A stretch of DNA of 64,000 nucleotides from Rhynchobatus australiae (Eukaryota). Shown one piece after another: positions 11,750 to 23,525 of the stretch (its first letter is position 1; the number at the start of each line of letters is the position of its first letter). A model generated the notes under the pieces. It ran no database searches. It had not been told where the DNA came from and saw nothing but the letters and a program-made list of their open reading frames with translations. The stretch is from NCBI GenBank assembly GCA_034780895.1, contig JAUZTB010000042.1, positions 30,768,322 to 30,832,321 of the forward strand. The letters are read 5' to 3'. The position numbers and the translations under genes are program-made.

Positions 11750-12762
11750 GTAAGCAGATCTTTTCCTGAATATCATGCTGCTCTTGTCAGTCATGTACAT
11801 ATGTCGGAAACGAGATGAAGCAAGTAGATTTAAATTTTAATCTTTTCAGATATGGATTGGTGGTGACATTATAATTTCTGTTAGTGGTAAAATAATCTTG
11901 CTAGTAACTTGGCTACATTAAATTAGTGAAACATGTACAACATCTGAGAAAAGTAAAAAAGATCATTCACCATAGAAACCAAATTCTTCAAAGTGAAATG
12001 TAACTTGAGCATTATTACACTGATGCCTCTTTTAACAATTCATGATCTGATTTTGATTAAAAAAAATTTTAGTTTTGAATGAATTTTAATTTATACTCAT
12101 TACAAATTAAGGATTCTCACTGAAGCATGGTGTCTAATCCAAACTCCACTGCTCAGACAGTTGGAGGTGAGGTGAATAATTAAGGCCTCCTGCTATACCC
12201 ATCTGATTCTATTGCTTTTCACCATTTTCCCAATCTTAACCCATTCCTGTCAGCATGCTTATAGGACAACCACAGGAAGAAAGTGCGGCCCCTCTTTAAA
12301 TGTACACAAACTGGGCCCAGTTTTTCGCTTTTGGAATCTACAATATTAAACAATAGTAAATAAGATTGGATCTGGCTTTTTCTCACTATCCTTCCCCACT
12401 AATCTGTCCCAAAATGCCCCCAGGAAATGTATATTGTATGCTTTTTTACTGGATTGGAATTTGTGTAAATTATGCATCTTTTGAACAGAGAATTGTTAAA
12501 GACAGATGACAAAAGTTAATAATAGGCTAGTACTACAAATTTAAAATTAAACCTCTGGTAATTCAGCCAAAAAGACATTGTGGTGGAAAAGAAAACACTA
12601 CAAATTATGAAAACATGTTTTAAGTACAGAGAACTATCTTGCCTGGCTGTAATTTTTGGAAATTATATATAATGTGTATGTATATATAGGTATCATTTAT
12701 ATTTATATTCATATATATCTATATAAAGTATTGAATATTTACAAACTCTTTGATTTGCAAAG

Positions 12763-12858
12763 CCAAATGCCCAGGGGGATGTCGCAATGGAGGTTACTGT
12801 ACAGAGAGACAGGTTTGTGAGTGCCCTGATGGATTCTATGGACCTCATTGTGAAAAAG
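12763..12858 (+). CDS. WIF1: WIF1 exon 5, EGF1: (A)[31 protein letters not shown]
   Basis: Acceptor tttgatttgcaaag, donor G|GTAACG; 96 nt, 6 Cys with EGF spacing. Confidence 0.97.
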
Positions 12859-14444
12859 GTAACGTTTAAAAGAAATAAACCCACAGCCGTCATTTAACTG
12901 TGATTTAAAAACAAAATCTCTAATAAGATGAATGAAGATTTTTTGTAAATGTCAAAGATTGATCAACTCTGTAACTAATACATCGCTTTCTCTACATGAA
13001 GACAGTGTGCTTTTTTTCCTTGAGTTGTTGCTTCAAGCTATCCAGGGAAGGCAGGGAAAGTTGGCAGGCAAATCACCTGGCAGATCTTGCACACTTTCTA
13101 GCAGCCGTCACAGAGCTGTATTGTTTGGCCTTTTGGCAGGGATGTGATGTAGAAAGCCTCCAAAAGTGAGAAGATTAAAGGAGCAGGAGAATAAATTTGG
13201 GGGAAAAAATAAACAAATTAAACTAAAACTATTTGAGCTATTTTGTAAGCCAAAAGAGAGGATTAAAATGAAGTATTATGTTAAGAAAATATTTCAATTT
13301 CAGCAATATCCTGTAAGGAAAAATAAGCAGCCCTGTTACTTTGAATGAACAGCGGCCAACTCAACGATGCCTGTCCTGGTGGCCTTGGGCACTTAACCAA
13401 TGTTTCAGATTGGGACAACTGGTAGATTTCTACAGCTTTCCTCAAGGAAACAATAATGATCACTTTGACATGTTTTGTCCTTGTCCATATTTCTGGAAAA
13501 AAGACATTCATTCACTCTAAGAAAAGTTCTAGGATATGTGAACTTTAAATGTTGTGCAAGTTTAATTTTTGATATGTGATAATTTGAATTAAAGCATGAA
13601 ATTTTTATTTTGGCAATTATTTTTACCTCGATCATCATATTTGGTCTTTCTCTTTTTATCTGGTATGAGTGCACAAAGCCCAACAAATGAAATATTCTGT
13701 ATTAATTTACTGATTTGTAGTAATGTAGACATTTCAGATTGAATTTTCCTTTTACTCCTTGCCCTTCTCTTCCCTTCCCTGCCTCCCACCTCCCCTCCCA
13801 CACCCTTCCTAAAAAACAAAGAAAAGTATAGCTCAGGAACAGGCCATTCAGCCCGCAAATGCCATTTCCTCCGTCTGTTTATGTTCTGCTGCAGTTTTCT
13901 GACTTTTACAGCAGGGAAAATTGTACTAATGTCTGAAAATACCAATCCTTTTGATCTTTATTGTTAGATTACACCATGAAAATGGACCACTTCCGATGGA
14001 CAGGGGCTGAAATTTTACAGATGCTATATCTGGACAGCAACATTATATATCAGGAGCACTGCCGTCATCTTTGACTGGAGATGGGGAGGGGTGCGGTCGG
14101 CAGGATCTAGTCAGGGAGGGGAAGGGGTAGAAATTAAGGGAAGATTCAACCTGATGTATCTATTTGTTCGGCTTTGTGCGCTAGGTAGAAAGACAAAATA
14201 TGATGAATCAAGTGAACATAACTGACAAATGTCTTGCTTTAATTTGAACAATTCCATTTGGAGTTGCCTTGCCATTTGCTGGCCCAGAGTGTGCACAGAC
14301 AGGCTAAAGACTGGGGAAAATTAAAGCTGCTATTGGTTCTTTATTTGGAACATTGAATACATTTTCAAGGTACTTTTGGCTCTGCAGCCCACTTCTTATT
14401 ATTGGCAGGGTCCTGGGAGCAATTTACCTGCTGTCTCATTTAGT

Positions 14445-14488
14445 AAAAAGACTTGCTTTATATAGAACTCTTCATCTTTTGGGATGTT

Positions 14489-14525
<37 letters not shown>

Positions 14526-14608
14526 CTTTCTTTAAATTAGAGCCATGGGATCTTTTGTTCTCAGCTGAAAGAACAGATGGGGCCACAGCTTAACATCCCA
14601 TCCAAATG
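14445..14608 (-). mobile_element. Deu-domain SINE remnant with (TC)16 microsatellite at about 14491-14522
   Basis: aagacttgctttatatag (tail) and gccatgggatcttttg...cagatggggccacagcttaacatcccatccaaa (antisense Deu domain). Confidence 0.6.
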
Positions 14609-14798
14609 ATCTAAAAGTTAAGATGGGGAGTGTAAGAAGCTGGAACAAACAAGGGGGTGGATGGGTGTGTATTTTATATAAATGATGTTTTTGAGAGGAA
14701 TATATAATTAAGTAATGAAAAGACTTTAAGGCATGCTAGTCTCCAACTCTATACTTCTATAAATACATTTAACCTTCCTATTTGCTTCATTCTGTTAG

Positions 14799-14894
14799 CT
14801 CTGTGCGTACCCAGATGTCTGAATGGAGGACTGTGTGTCAGTCCAGGATTGTGCATCTGTCCCCCTGGATACTTTGGTATTAACTGTGATAAAG
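14799..14894 (+). CDS. WIF1: WIF1 exon 6, EGF2: (A)[31 protein letters not shown]
   Basis: Acceptor ttctgttag, donor G|GTAATA; 96 nt. Confidence 0.97.
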
Positions 14895-15785
14895 GTAATA
14901 GTTGAACATCCAGATTTAATTCGGTGACTTCTTTTGTGCACAATCATAAATCTTTCTGCTGGAGAACAGAACACTTCTGGCATGTAATCACTGAACACCA
15001 CCAAGTCAAATTTAACACCAAGGTCTCGCGCACACAAAATCTGGTGAACAGTTGCAGCAGAAAAAGTGACATTTACATCTGTTTGAAAATCAACGGACTA
15101 CTTCCAGTTGTTACTCAGCTCTTCCAGCACTCTGACACTTAAGTAACAACTTTCCCTCCTGCTCTTAGTTCCAGTCCAGACTTCTGATTTAAAGTTGGCA
15201 GCTGCTCCAACAAGATTGATACAGGGAGAGGAGATTTAAAGTCAGTAGCGCGGGCCTGGATTGGAGTAGGAAAGAAGAGTTGGCATAAAATGTAAGAATG
15301 CTGCAGAAGTCAAGCAAATTCCAATAAGATGTTTCTCTACTCTTTGGAGCTTGTTAAAAGTAAAATGTGCAGCTTATCATGCTTCATAATTTTATTATTA
15401 GCTTTATAGGCAAGTGTGCAGTAAAGGTAAGGCGATTTTAATATGGGAATTTTAACTTTCATATGGACAGATAAGGGAATTAGTTCATGGCTGGATTGTG
15501 CTTTACAGTTTACTGCAGCAATACTTCCTAGAACTTCCAAGGGAGCAGGACATTGAGATTTAAAATTGGGCAACGAGGCAGTATTAGTTAATGGACTAAC
15601 TATGAATGAAAGTTAATCTAACAGCAGTGAAAAAAATGAGCAAATTCAGTGTAGTGTGTGAAAGAGGAACAATGCAAAATGGCTACAAACATTCTACATG
15701 TGAGTGAGGTAGACGTCCATGCAATGGGGCAAAGACTGAGCACACCAAAATGGACATGTCTGTTAATAGATTAGTTCTGTGGTGC

Positions 15786-15856
15786 TTGTTTTAAAACATT
15801 AGCAATGATACAGAACATTGCTAATGTTCTGTATCATTGCTAATGTTTTAAAACAA
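15786..15856. repeat. Perfect 34-bp inverted repeat with 3-nt loop
   Basis: TTGTTTTAAAACATTAGCAATGATACAGAACATT-GCT-AATGTTCTGTATCATTGCTAATGTTTTAAAACAA, directly followed by an N gap. Confidence 0.95.
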
Positions 15857-15999
15857 NNNNNNNNNNNNNNNNNNNNNNNNNNNNNNNNAAAAGAAAAACC
15901 TTATAGAGATAAACATACTAGTGGGAAATATTATGAGAAGAGCAAACAGTAAGAACTACAAAAACGGAACGTGAAAAGAAACACTCATCTGGTGTCAAG

Positions 16000-16560
16000 A
16001 TATTCCCCATCTCTGATCAAGGATAGTGACTGAACACCTTGAATGTTTCCAGTTGATGAAAGAGAGCCAGCATGGATATGCATAGGATAGGCCATTCCGA
16101 TGAACATGATTTTTCAAGGGATTGCGAAAGTACTGTGCAGAGAAATGTTTATATTTATTACTTATGTGGACCTCCAGGAGATATTTGATGAAGTTCTTCA
16201 AAAGAAACTTAGCTAAGCTTGAAATTTTTTCAATTACAGGGTATTCATTGACGAGTAGGAAACTGACTGAGTAGCAGCAGGCAGACTATTGGGATAATTG
16301 GCAATTATTCACATTGGCAAATTGTGTCCAGTGACTCTCCACAGGGTCTTTACTGGATCATATTTATAAATGACTTGGATGATGGGATGGAAAGCCATGT
16401 ATCCAAAGAGAGGTGGCATTGGAAGCATTGTAGAAATGGGCAAAATTGTGCCAAATGGATTTCAATATTGGCAATTGAAAGTTATCCAATTTAGGCCTAA
16501 GAGGGATAGAATAAAGTATTTTCTAAATGGAAGCCCAAAGAGTTACTGATTTAAGAACAT
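16000..16560 (+). mobile_element. Highly decayed CR1 RT fragment
   Basis: ccacagggtctttactgga and atatttataaatgacttggatgatggg resemble the CR1 RT motifs PQGSVLG and IYINDLD. Confidence 0.6.
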
Positions 16561-17126
16561 GCTCATACTTGAGCAGAGCACAGTCAGATATGGAATCGTT
16601 GAACTTGCATGTTGCTATTCCTTATGTTAGCCCATTATTTGTATCAAAGCAAATGAGAATAATTTTCATGCAGTAATGGGCTGAACCTCAAAAAAAAGGA
16701 CTACAATTTAGTGCCTAGCTGTCTAACCCAATTCAACGGCATCTATCTACATATGTTGGGTTCTGGTTGAATCAGGTATATCATCTCATTAAACATTTGG
16801 GGCTGTGTTCTATGTTGGCCCAGCTCAGTACTTTACCTAGGTCAGGATGATTTAATTAGTATTACAGTATATGAATAGCCAGTTTGAGATTGTTCTACTT
16901 CCAGCGATAATCAGGTTAGGTATGGGAGAAAAGTTAGTCTGGTTTGGGTCAGCTTTGGGTTGGCTGTGTCGGGTTGGGTTTTGATATTGTGCCTGAGCAG
17001 ACCTTTGCAATTTTTGAAGTTATTTTATGGATAATTTTCTGAAATGTGATTTTTTTTTTCCTGTTCTAATATTTTGCATTAAAATTAATTCATACAGCTT
17101 ATTCTTAAAATTTCATTTTATTTCAG

Positions 17127-17222
17127 CGAACTGTACCACAACCTGTTACAATGGTGGAACCTGCTTCCATCCTAACAAATGCATTTGCCCTCCAGGATAT
17201 GAAGGGGATCTGTGTGAGAACA
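17127..17222 (+). CDS. WIF1: WIF1 exon 7, EGF3: (A)[31 protein letters not shown](S)
   Basis: Acceptor ttttatttcag, donor A|GTCAGT; 96 nt; NCT sequon; visible in ORF 17027..17287. Confidence 0.97.
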
Positions 17223-18959
17223 GTCAGTATCAACCTTTACTCCTCTGTTCCCTCTTCCTCATGTGCTTCTATCCTCTGTTTAAATGAATCCATACCAGTT
17301 GTCTCAGTCACTTCCTATGGTAACAAGTTTCACGTTCTCCTCGTTCAGTAGATAAATTGCTTTACATTTCCCTTATACAATCATCATTAAGAAATTTATA
17401 CTTATGGCCCTTAGTCTGCCTCTTCCTCTGAAGTATAAATAACCTATACCAAATAATTGATAATTAAAAAAAAAACCCGTGTTCAGCTACATCTCCAGGT
17501 TTGAAACTTTTACTCTGCTGATTTGTCCTGGAATCTCTCTGGATCTGAATTTCACTGGGAGTTTGCATCTTCCCCTTATCCAGCCCAGGGATCCTCCATG
17601 CTATCATTCAGTAGATGTAGCATTCAGCTTCTTTTTCACTCCTGATGTGTGTTTTCTCTATATCATCACCTGATGCCACAACTTTTGCTGCTCCTCCATT
17701 TCCTACCCTCTTGTGAATTTCTTTATAATTGTCTCTCTTTATTATTTACAAAATATCCATTCATCATCCATGAGTTTACTTTGAATGAATCCGTGAACGT
17801 CCTAGACATGACTGAACCTTGGTGCGTCCTCTTCCACACGGCAGTTGCATCATCTGCTAAACATTCGTTGTGTTACTGTGGTTCTCCCTTCCATGTGCCA
17901 TAAACTGGTCTCTTCACCCACTTCCTCAGCACCAGTGGATAAAGTTCATCCTCTCTCATATGCATTATATGGTACTACATGTGCATTGTACTCCACTTCC
18001 TAATAGAATTGTGCATTTGCTGCTATATTGTAAATTTTGCCCATACACTTCTACCCTTTCATCTGTCCCACTTCTGCTGCTCTCCTTCTCACTGCCTGCC
18101 TATGGTTTCTTATTTCTCAAACTTTTGAGCCACATCTTGTTTTTGGAAAAAGTTAACATACACTTAAATTTCCCAACCAATACTCCAACATTTTAATTCT
18201 CCAACCCTCCATTAAACTCACACTGCATGCTAATTCATTTCACTGTAAAACTATACTCTTGGCGATGCTCACCCAGCCATTGTTAATCAATCCTGCAAGT
18301 TCCTTCATCCTCCACCTGTACAATCCCTCTCCTGGTCTCATACTCCTCATTTACATGAAACCTTTTTACAAGATCCACAATGTGTGAATGGCATGAAGTT
18401 TTGTTTCCTGCACATGTTACCCTTGATTATGTAATAGTTGCAGTGCTATTTGATTGTCCACTTGTCTTGGATGAGACAAAGTTGCTTCCAGCTAAATACT
18501 AGGAAGATCACGCAAAAGGTGGTGGAAGGTATTATTCCACAATGATACCATGAACATGGATTCGACTGATGTTTTCAAGACTAAATTTAATAAAATGCTC
18601 TGTTCCTTTCCCCCTGCTCTTGATCATCTCCCAGGTATGATCGATCTGCTTTTCCCCTAGCTCAATGGCATCACCAACTACCCACAACACCACCCACTCT
18701 TGCGCTCATCCCCAGTATGTTGGCTTCACAATTCTCTCTCTTGTTTCTAAATTCCTTTTAAGCTGTTTCTATATCCTCCCTCAATTAGCTATATGACTAC
18801 GGAGCCTAAAATTTCCTCCTTTGCTTGGTTTATCTCTCTTTCTCAACCATGCCTTTGGTGACCTGCCCTATCCACACATTCCCTGAAATGTGTACGGTCA
18901 ATGCCTTTTGTTGAAGCACCTTGCAATATTCTGCTGAGTTAAAGATGATATTCTTTAAT

Positions 18960-19195
18960 ATTAAATCAGAGACCTGAGTCTGAATCACAATATAGTAGTT
19001 GGGGAATTTAAGCAATTAAATTGATCTGGAATCACAAAAAAAGTATTAGGGACAGTAACCATGATAATACTGGAATGTCATAAAAATCTATCTCGTTTGG
19101 TAAAGTTCTTCAGAGAAGTATATCTGCTATCCCTTAGCCAGGAGTGGGCAATGAATGCTGACTCTGCCAAAGGTGTCCTTGTTTTGTGAATGAAT
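18960..19195 (+). mobile_element. Old elasmobranch tRNA-derived SINE remnant
   Basis: gaatttaagcaattaaattgatctggaat...aaccatga...atctgctatccctta...gggcaatgaatgctgactctgcca...gtgaatgaa resembles a common shark SINE as I recall it. Confidence 0.5.
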
Positions 19196-19539
19196 TTTGT
19201 TTTAGAGTTACCACTAATCTATACGATGAGTCTATACACTTAAAAGATTTACTGAGTGACACAGGCATAACATAACCAGAAAGTAAGTAGGAGAAGTACA
19301 TGAAGTGTTTGATTATTTATGAACAAGTTCATATCTGGTACATGGCTATTGCTGTTTAGTTCTGGGTTGTTTGAAATATATTTCAGATTCTGGTGTATCC
19401 TATATTGCATCTGTGCCTAAAATATTTTTCATAAACTGATTTTGGTTATACCTTAACGTAAAGTTTATTTTTGGGCTGACTGAAAAACATTGGATAGTTA
19501 GTGGTATGAAACTCGCATGTGGAACTCTTTTTGATGCAG

Positions 19540-19635
19540 GTAAATGTCGGCAGCCATGCAGAAATGGAGGGAAATGCACCGGGAGAAACAAATGCAAATG
19601 CATTAAAGGTTACCAGGGCGACCTGTGTTCTAAGC
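19540..19635 (+). CDS. WIF1: WIF1 exon 8, EGF4: (S)[31 protein letters not shown](P)
   Basis: Acceptor ctttttgatgcag, donor C|GTAAGT; 96 nt; Lys/Arg-rich like mammalian EGF4. Confidence 0.97.
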
Positions 19636-20424
19636 GTAAGTATCTTGCTCTTTATTTTAAATAAAGGCCCATTATTGTTTTGAGTTTTATTTTGTAGAAA
19701 TAATTCTCTAAAGGAAATTAATGAAATGTTTAGTTGNNNNNNNNNNNNNNNNNNNNNNNNNNNNNNNNNNNNNNNNNNNNNNNNNNNNNNNNNNNNNNNN
19801 NNNNNNNNNNNNNNNNNNNNNNNNNNNNNNNNNNNNNNNNNNNNNNNNNNNNNNNNNNNNNNNNTATCTAAAAATTGCCTCATGGTCGTTGAGATTAAGA
19901 TCAATGATTCTTTGACATCAGAAGTGAACGTAACATTGATTTCATTCAGTACTGAATTGTGAAATGCGTTGTGCTTCCAGCACATTCTGGGGCTGCAATT
20001 GGAGGAATGAATCAGCAGAATTGAAGCCAATGGAAAAGAAAACTGAGTACAGTATAAAAGGGAATGCTTACTTGATATTGTACGTTTTTCTTATGAAAAC
20101 CACTTTCACGCTCTTCAGCTAGTTTGATATTTAAGTGAATAAATAAATGGTGTTAGCTGAACAAAGTGACTTTGTCCCATATTTTTAGATTTTCACCTGC
20201 CTTGCTTGGGAGGAAAGTTGGTTAAGCAGTTCCCTATTCTTTTCTCAAACCAGCCTGAGTTACATTGCATTCCAGTTACTCTTGGCTTGGGAGGAGCTGG
20301 GGAATTGTGCTTGGCCACGACATTTCCAGGATAACATGCTATGAGCTATTGTCTGGGTAGGAAGGGGACCAGGGATTCTGAAGGGTTTGCTGGAATTGTG
20401 AAACAATATCCTGTGATGAGCAAT

Positions 20425-20580
20425 TAAAGCAGAAAATGCTGGAAACCCTCAGCAGACCCATCATCAGATCTGAAATGTTCACTCTATTTCTCCTTCTGCA
20501 GATGTTGCCTGATCTGCTGAGTGTTTTCAGCATTTTCTGTTTTTATCTCCAGTTTCCAGCATCTGTTGTGCTTTTGATTT
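20425..20580. repeat. Penelope-end-derived foldback element
   Basis: cagaaaatgctggaaaccctcagcag is inverted relative to ctgctgagtgttttcagcattttctg. Confidence 0.75.
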
Positions 20581-21244
20581 CTGTGGCGAGAAGATGTAGT
20601 GGGGAAGGAGAACAAATCTGGAGTTGGTGTTGTGAAAAACGAGAATTGTATTTGTTGCAATATTGTTATAAGTAGCGGTGCAAGTACTGTTTTTTGTTTG
20701 AATTAAGCAAAAATTCAATATATTTGGAAAGGAAAAATTAAATACATGGGGTAAATAACCTACCTTACTGTTGAAATTCACACATGCACCATAACTACTT
20801 TAGTGTGCTACTGAAGTCATTTGGAGATGTATTATAGCAAAGGAGCCTAATCTGCCAAGAAGGGAGGTGGAGAGAGGAGAACATTAACAGGAAAGAGGAA
20901 TCTAATCTAATTATATGAATAAGGATTAATGATGATCCATATTAAACACCCAAGCCCAAATGATAATTCAGGACAATTGCCATTGTTTACTTCATAAAAA
21001 AACAGTTATAAGTGATGTAAAGTATTGGTATCTTAACATCAGCCTAAGAAGTGTATTTAACATTAAATGGATAGGTGAAGATGGGTGGATATTTTAAATT
21101 TATCATATGCATTTGCCAGACCAAACGTTTATAGCCATATTAACTGCAATTTTAACAGGCTTAATATACTTGGCGAAACTGAGTGCATCTGAAATCCTGC
21201 AAAAAAGAGTAAAAATATAATTTCATGCTTTGCTCCTTTTGCAG

Positions 21245-21454
21245 CTGTTTGTGAGCCTCACTGTGGACCACNNNNNNNNNNNNNNNNNNNNNNNNNNNNN
21301 NNNNNNNNNNNNNNNNNNNNNNNNNNNNNNNNNNNNNNNNNNNNNNNNNNNNNNNNNNNNNNNNNNNNNNNTCACTGTGGACCACATGGATCCTGCATTG
21401 AGCCCAACAAGTGTGAATGCAGGGAAGGCTGGCATGGAAGGCACTGTAACAAGA
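21245..21454 (+). CDS. WIF1: WIF1 exon 9, EGF5 (split by artefactual gap): (P)[31 protein letters not shown](R)
   Basis: Acceptor ttttgcag, donor A|GTAAGT. Removing the 100 Ns and one copy of the duplicated TCACTGTGGACCAC gives exactly 96 nt in frame. Confidence 0.95.
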
Positions 21455-21594
21455 GTAAGTGGGAACAGAAGGGTTCGCAGCAGTTCTGATCTATTTCACA
21501 GCCTTTTCTTTGCCAAATAATCCAGACAATGTATTTGATCTTGAGAGTATATAAAATCCAAGGCAATTTGATACCTTTCAACTAATTGTAACAA

Positions 21595-21810
21595 AAGAAA
21601 TGGAGACGGCAGCAGACAATACAGCCCCTTGTACCGGCTCTGCCATTTCATAAAATCATAACCAATCCTGTTCCTTGTTCATTTTCTCACCCAATTCCCA
21701 TATCTCCTTCATGTCCTAAAAATTATCAGTCTCTTGTCTTAAATAAACTTTGATGCGGGGACATCCACAGCCCTCTGAGGTGGAGAATTATAGGGATCTA
21801 CAGCCCACAA
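21595..21810 (-). mobile_element. Old CR1 3' fragment
   Basis: cagccccttgtaccggctctgccatttcataaaatcat...catccacagccctctgaggtggagaatt, antisense CR1 tail. Confidence 0.6.
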
Positions 21811-22170
21811 AATGGTTATCTGCAGTCCTACTATAGTTCTTTGCATTTAATAGAGATGCATCCAATCAATAAATCACCGCCAGAATAAAGTTAATGCTGT
21901 ATTTGATTTCCTTTGCAAACCAAATTTCAGTGGAACATCAATTAATCATTATATGGAGAGTGTAGCTAATTGCTGTAAATTGAATGCAGAACAGATCTTT
22001 TGAAATCCTGTCAGTTTAGCGTAGCTTTGTTGACATATTCCTCCTGTTTACTGTAAGAGAATTCTTTCACCAAGTCTGCACTGTTCCAAAATGATATGAA
22101 CTGTACAGATGCTGGAGATGTATCAATCAGTTGTTTTCAGTAGTTTTTGTTGATTTTTTTTTTCCCCAAG

Positions 22171-22292
22171 GATATGGAGCCAGTCTAATGAACACCCTGA
22201 GGTCAGCGGGCTTCAAGCACAGACAGCATACGCCTTTACCTAAAGAGAATGTTGAGAGTCACATACCACCCGAATCTAATTATATTTGGTAA
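22171..22292 (+). CDS. WIF1: WIF1 exon 10 (last coding): (R)YGASLMNTLRSAGFKHRQHTPLPKENVESHIPPESNYIW*
   Basis: Long pyrimidine tract and ccccaag acceptor; conserved PPESNYIW C-terminus; TAA at 22290-22292. Confidence 0.97.
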
Positions 22293-23225
22293 AGGAAAAC
22301 ATCTGAAACCTTTTACTGTATATACAGTTTACAATTCCACTAACCCATCTGAGTACGAAGTTCAAAAACAAAGTCTGTAATGGAAAAACCACTCGTCTGT
22401 TTTGCCATGTTATCTTCAGAACTACACTAATGTTGGAGTAGCTCTCTAATTACTTGAGAATATTCTTTTTATCTTCTGCATTTTAACAGAATTACCAAAA
22501 TTTAGCCCTATTATTTTAATATGTATGCATCATGAATTTAAATTAATAAACTTTTACACAATAGTTATATTTCATGCAACAATAAATATCAAAGAAGAAT
22601 TATTTATACACAGCATCTACTACTTGTTGAAGAAATGGTGGTTGGCATACCACCCAACAAGGGAAGTCAGTTTATATATTTAAATATGTATATACACATG
22701 TACACAAAATACATATTGAATGATTTAAATTTTCAGAATATCTTTGATTTGCATCGGCATTGAAATTGCCTAGAGATCAAGTAAGTTGCCACTTAACCCC
22801 AACTGTAGGGCAATATTAGTCAGTTCTTCACTGTAAATCTTCCAATAAAAGGACCTATTTTATACTTTCTTCTGTAGTTTAATAGTGTTCAATGCAATAA
22901 CAATATCTATGCTTTTCACTTTCTGTTATAATTCATGCAAATATGTTTCTGTGGAATTCCTTGTAGTGAAAGTAGACTGATATGTGTAACTGAAGCCTCT
23001 TAAATAAAGCCATTACATGAAAACATAATGCAAATTTTGGTCTGAATAGCAACAAAATACAACCACAAAATGATTTTATTGATGTGGAATTATTGAGTTG
23101 GAATGTGTGCATTAGTACAAGTGGAATCTTCACCAGAGTAATGATGTTAAGTTTAATTTTCTAGGTAGATTAAGAAAATGGTATGTGCAACTGCATAACA
23201 ATAAAGGCTTTATAACTCGTGGAAT
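22293..23225 (+). promoter_or_regulatory. WIF1 3'UTR with candidate polyadenylation signals
   Basis: AATAAA at 22545, 22581, 22844, 23003 and 23200. The 23200 signal is followed by a GT/T-rich element (ggaattgtgtttt). The region is AT-rich and free of obvious repeats. The real end is not determined. Confidence 0.55.
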
Positions 23226-23424
23226 TGTGTTTTAAAATATATTTTCAGTATAAGTACTAAATGACATGATATGAAATTGTATTTTTTCATATAAGTTTTT
23301 GTTTGGAACGTGCAAGAACATTCAGTTACAATCTTGTGTCAGTGACAGTGAGTTACTTTTGTGAATATGTTCAACCAAAGGTTCTTAAATTTTCCCGCTT
23401 GGCACTGAAATTGTAAGCAGAGCC

Positions 23425-23525
23425 CCGTTGCAGTGTCTTGATCCAAAATGTCGACTTGCACCTTTTGCCTCCGCAGAAGCTGCTTGACTTGTCGAGTTCT
23501 TCCAGCATTCTGTTTCATTTCAGCA
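23425..23525 (+). mobile_element. Penelope 3'-end fragment
   Basis: gtcttgatccaaaatgtcgac...gctgcttgacttgtcgagttcttccagcattctg. Confidence 0.6.

Larger units (their letters stand above)
2055..22292 (+). other. WIF1: WIF1 gene span (10 coding exons, about 376 aa: signal peptide + WIF domain + 5 EGF-like repeats)
   Basis: Ten exons with GT-AG boundaries assemble in frame: 139+140+109+141+5x96+122 = 1131 nt = 376 aa + stop. The peptides match known vertebrate WIF1 ([41 protein letters not shown], five EGF repeats, PPESNYIW). Confidence 0.98.

Noticed and set aside
19446-20030. Longest listed ORF (194 aa, minus strand)
   Set aside because: It is inflated by a 128-N gap and is antisense to exon 8.
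21245-21454. Apparent disruption of exon 9 suggesting a WIF1 pseudogene
   Set aside because: Explained by an overlap artefact at a 100-N gap; all other exons are intact.
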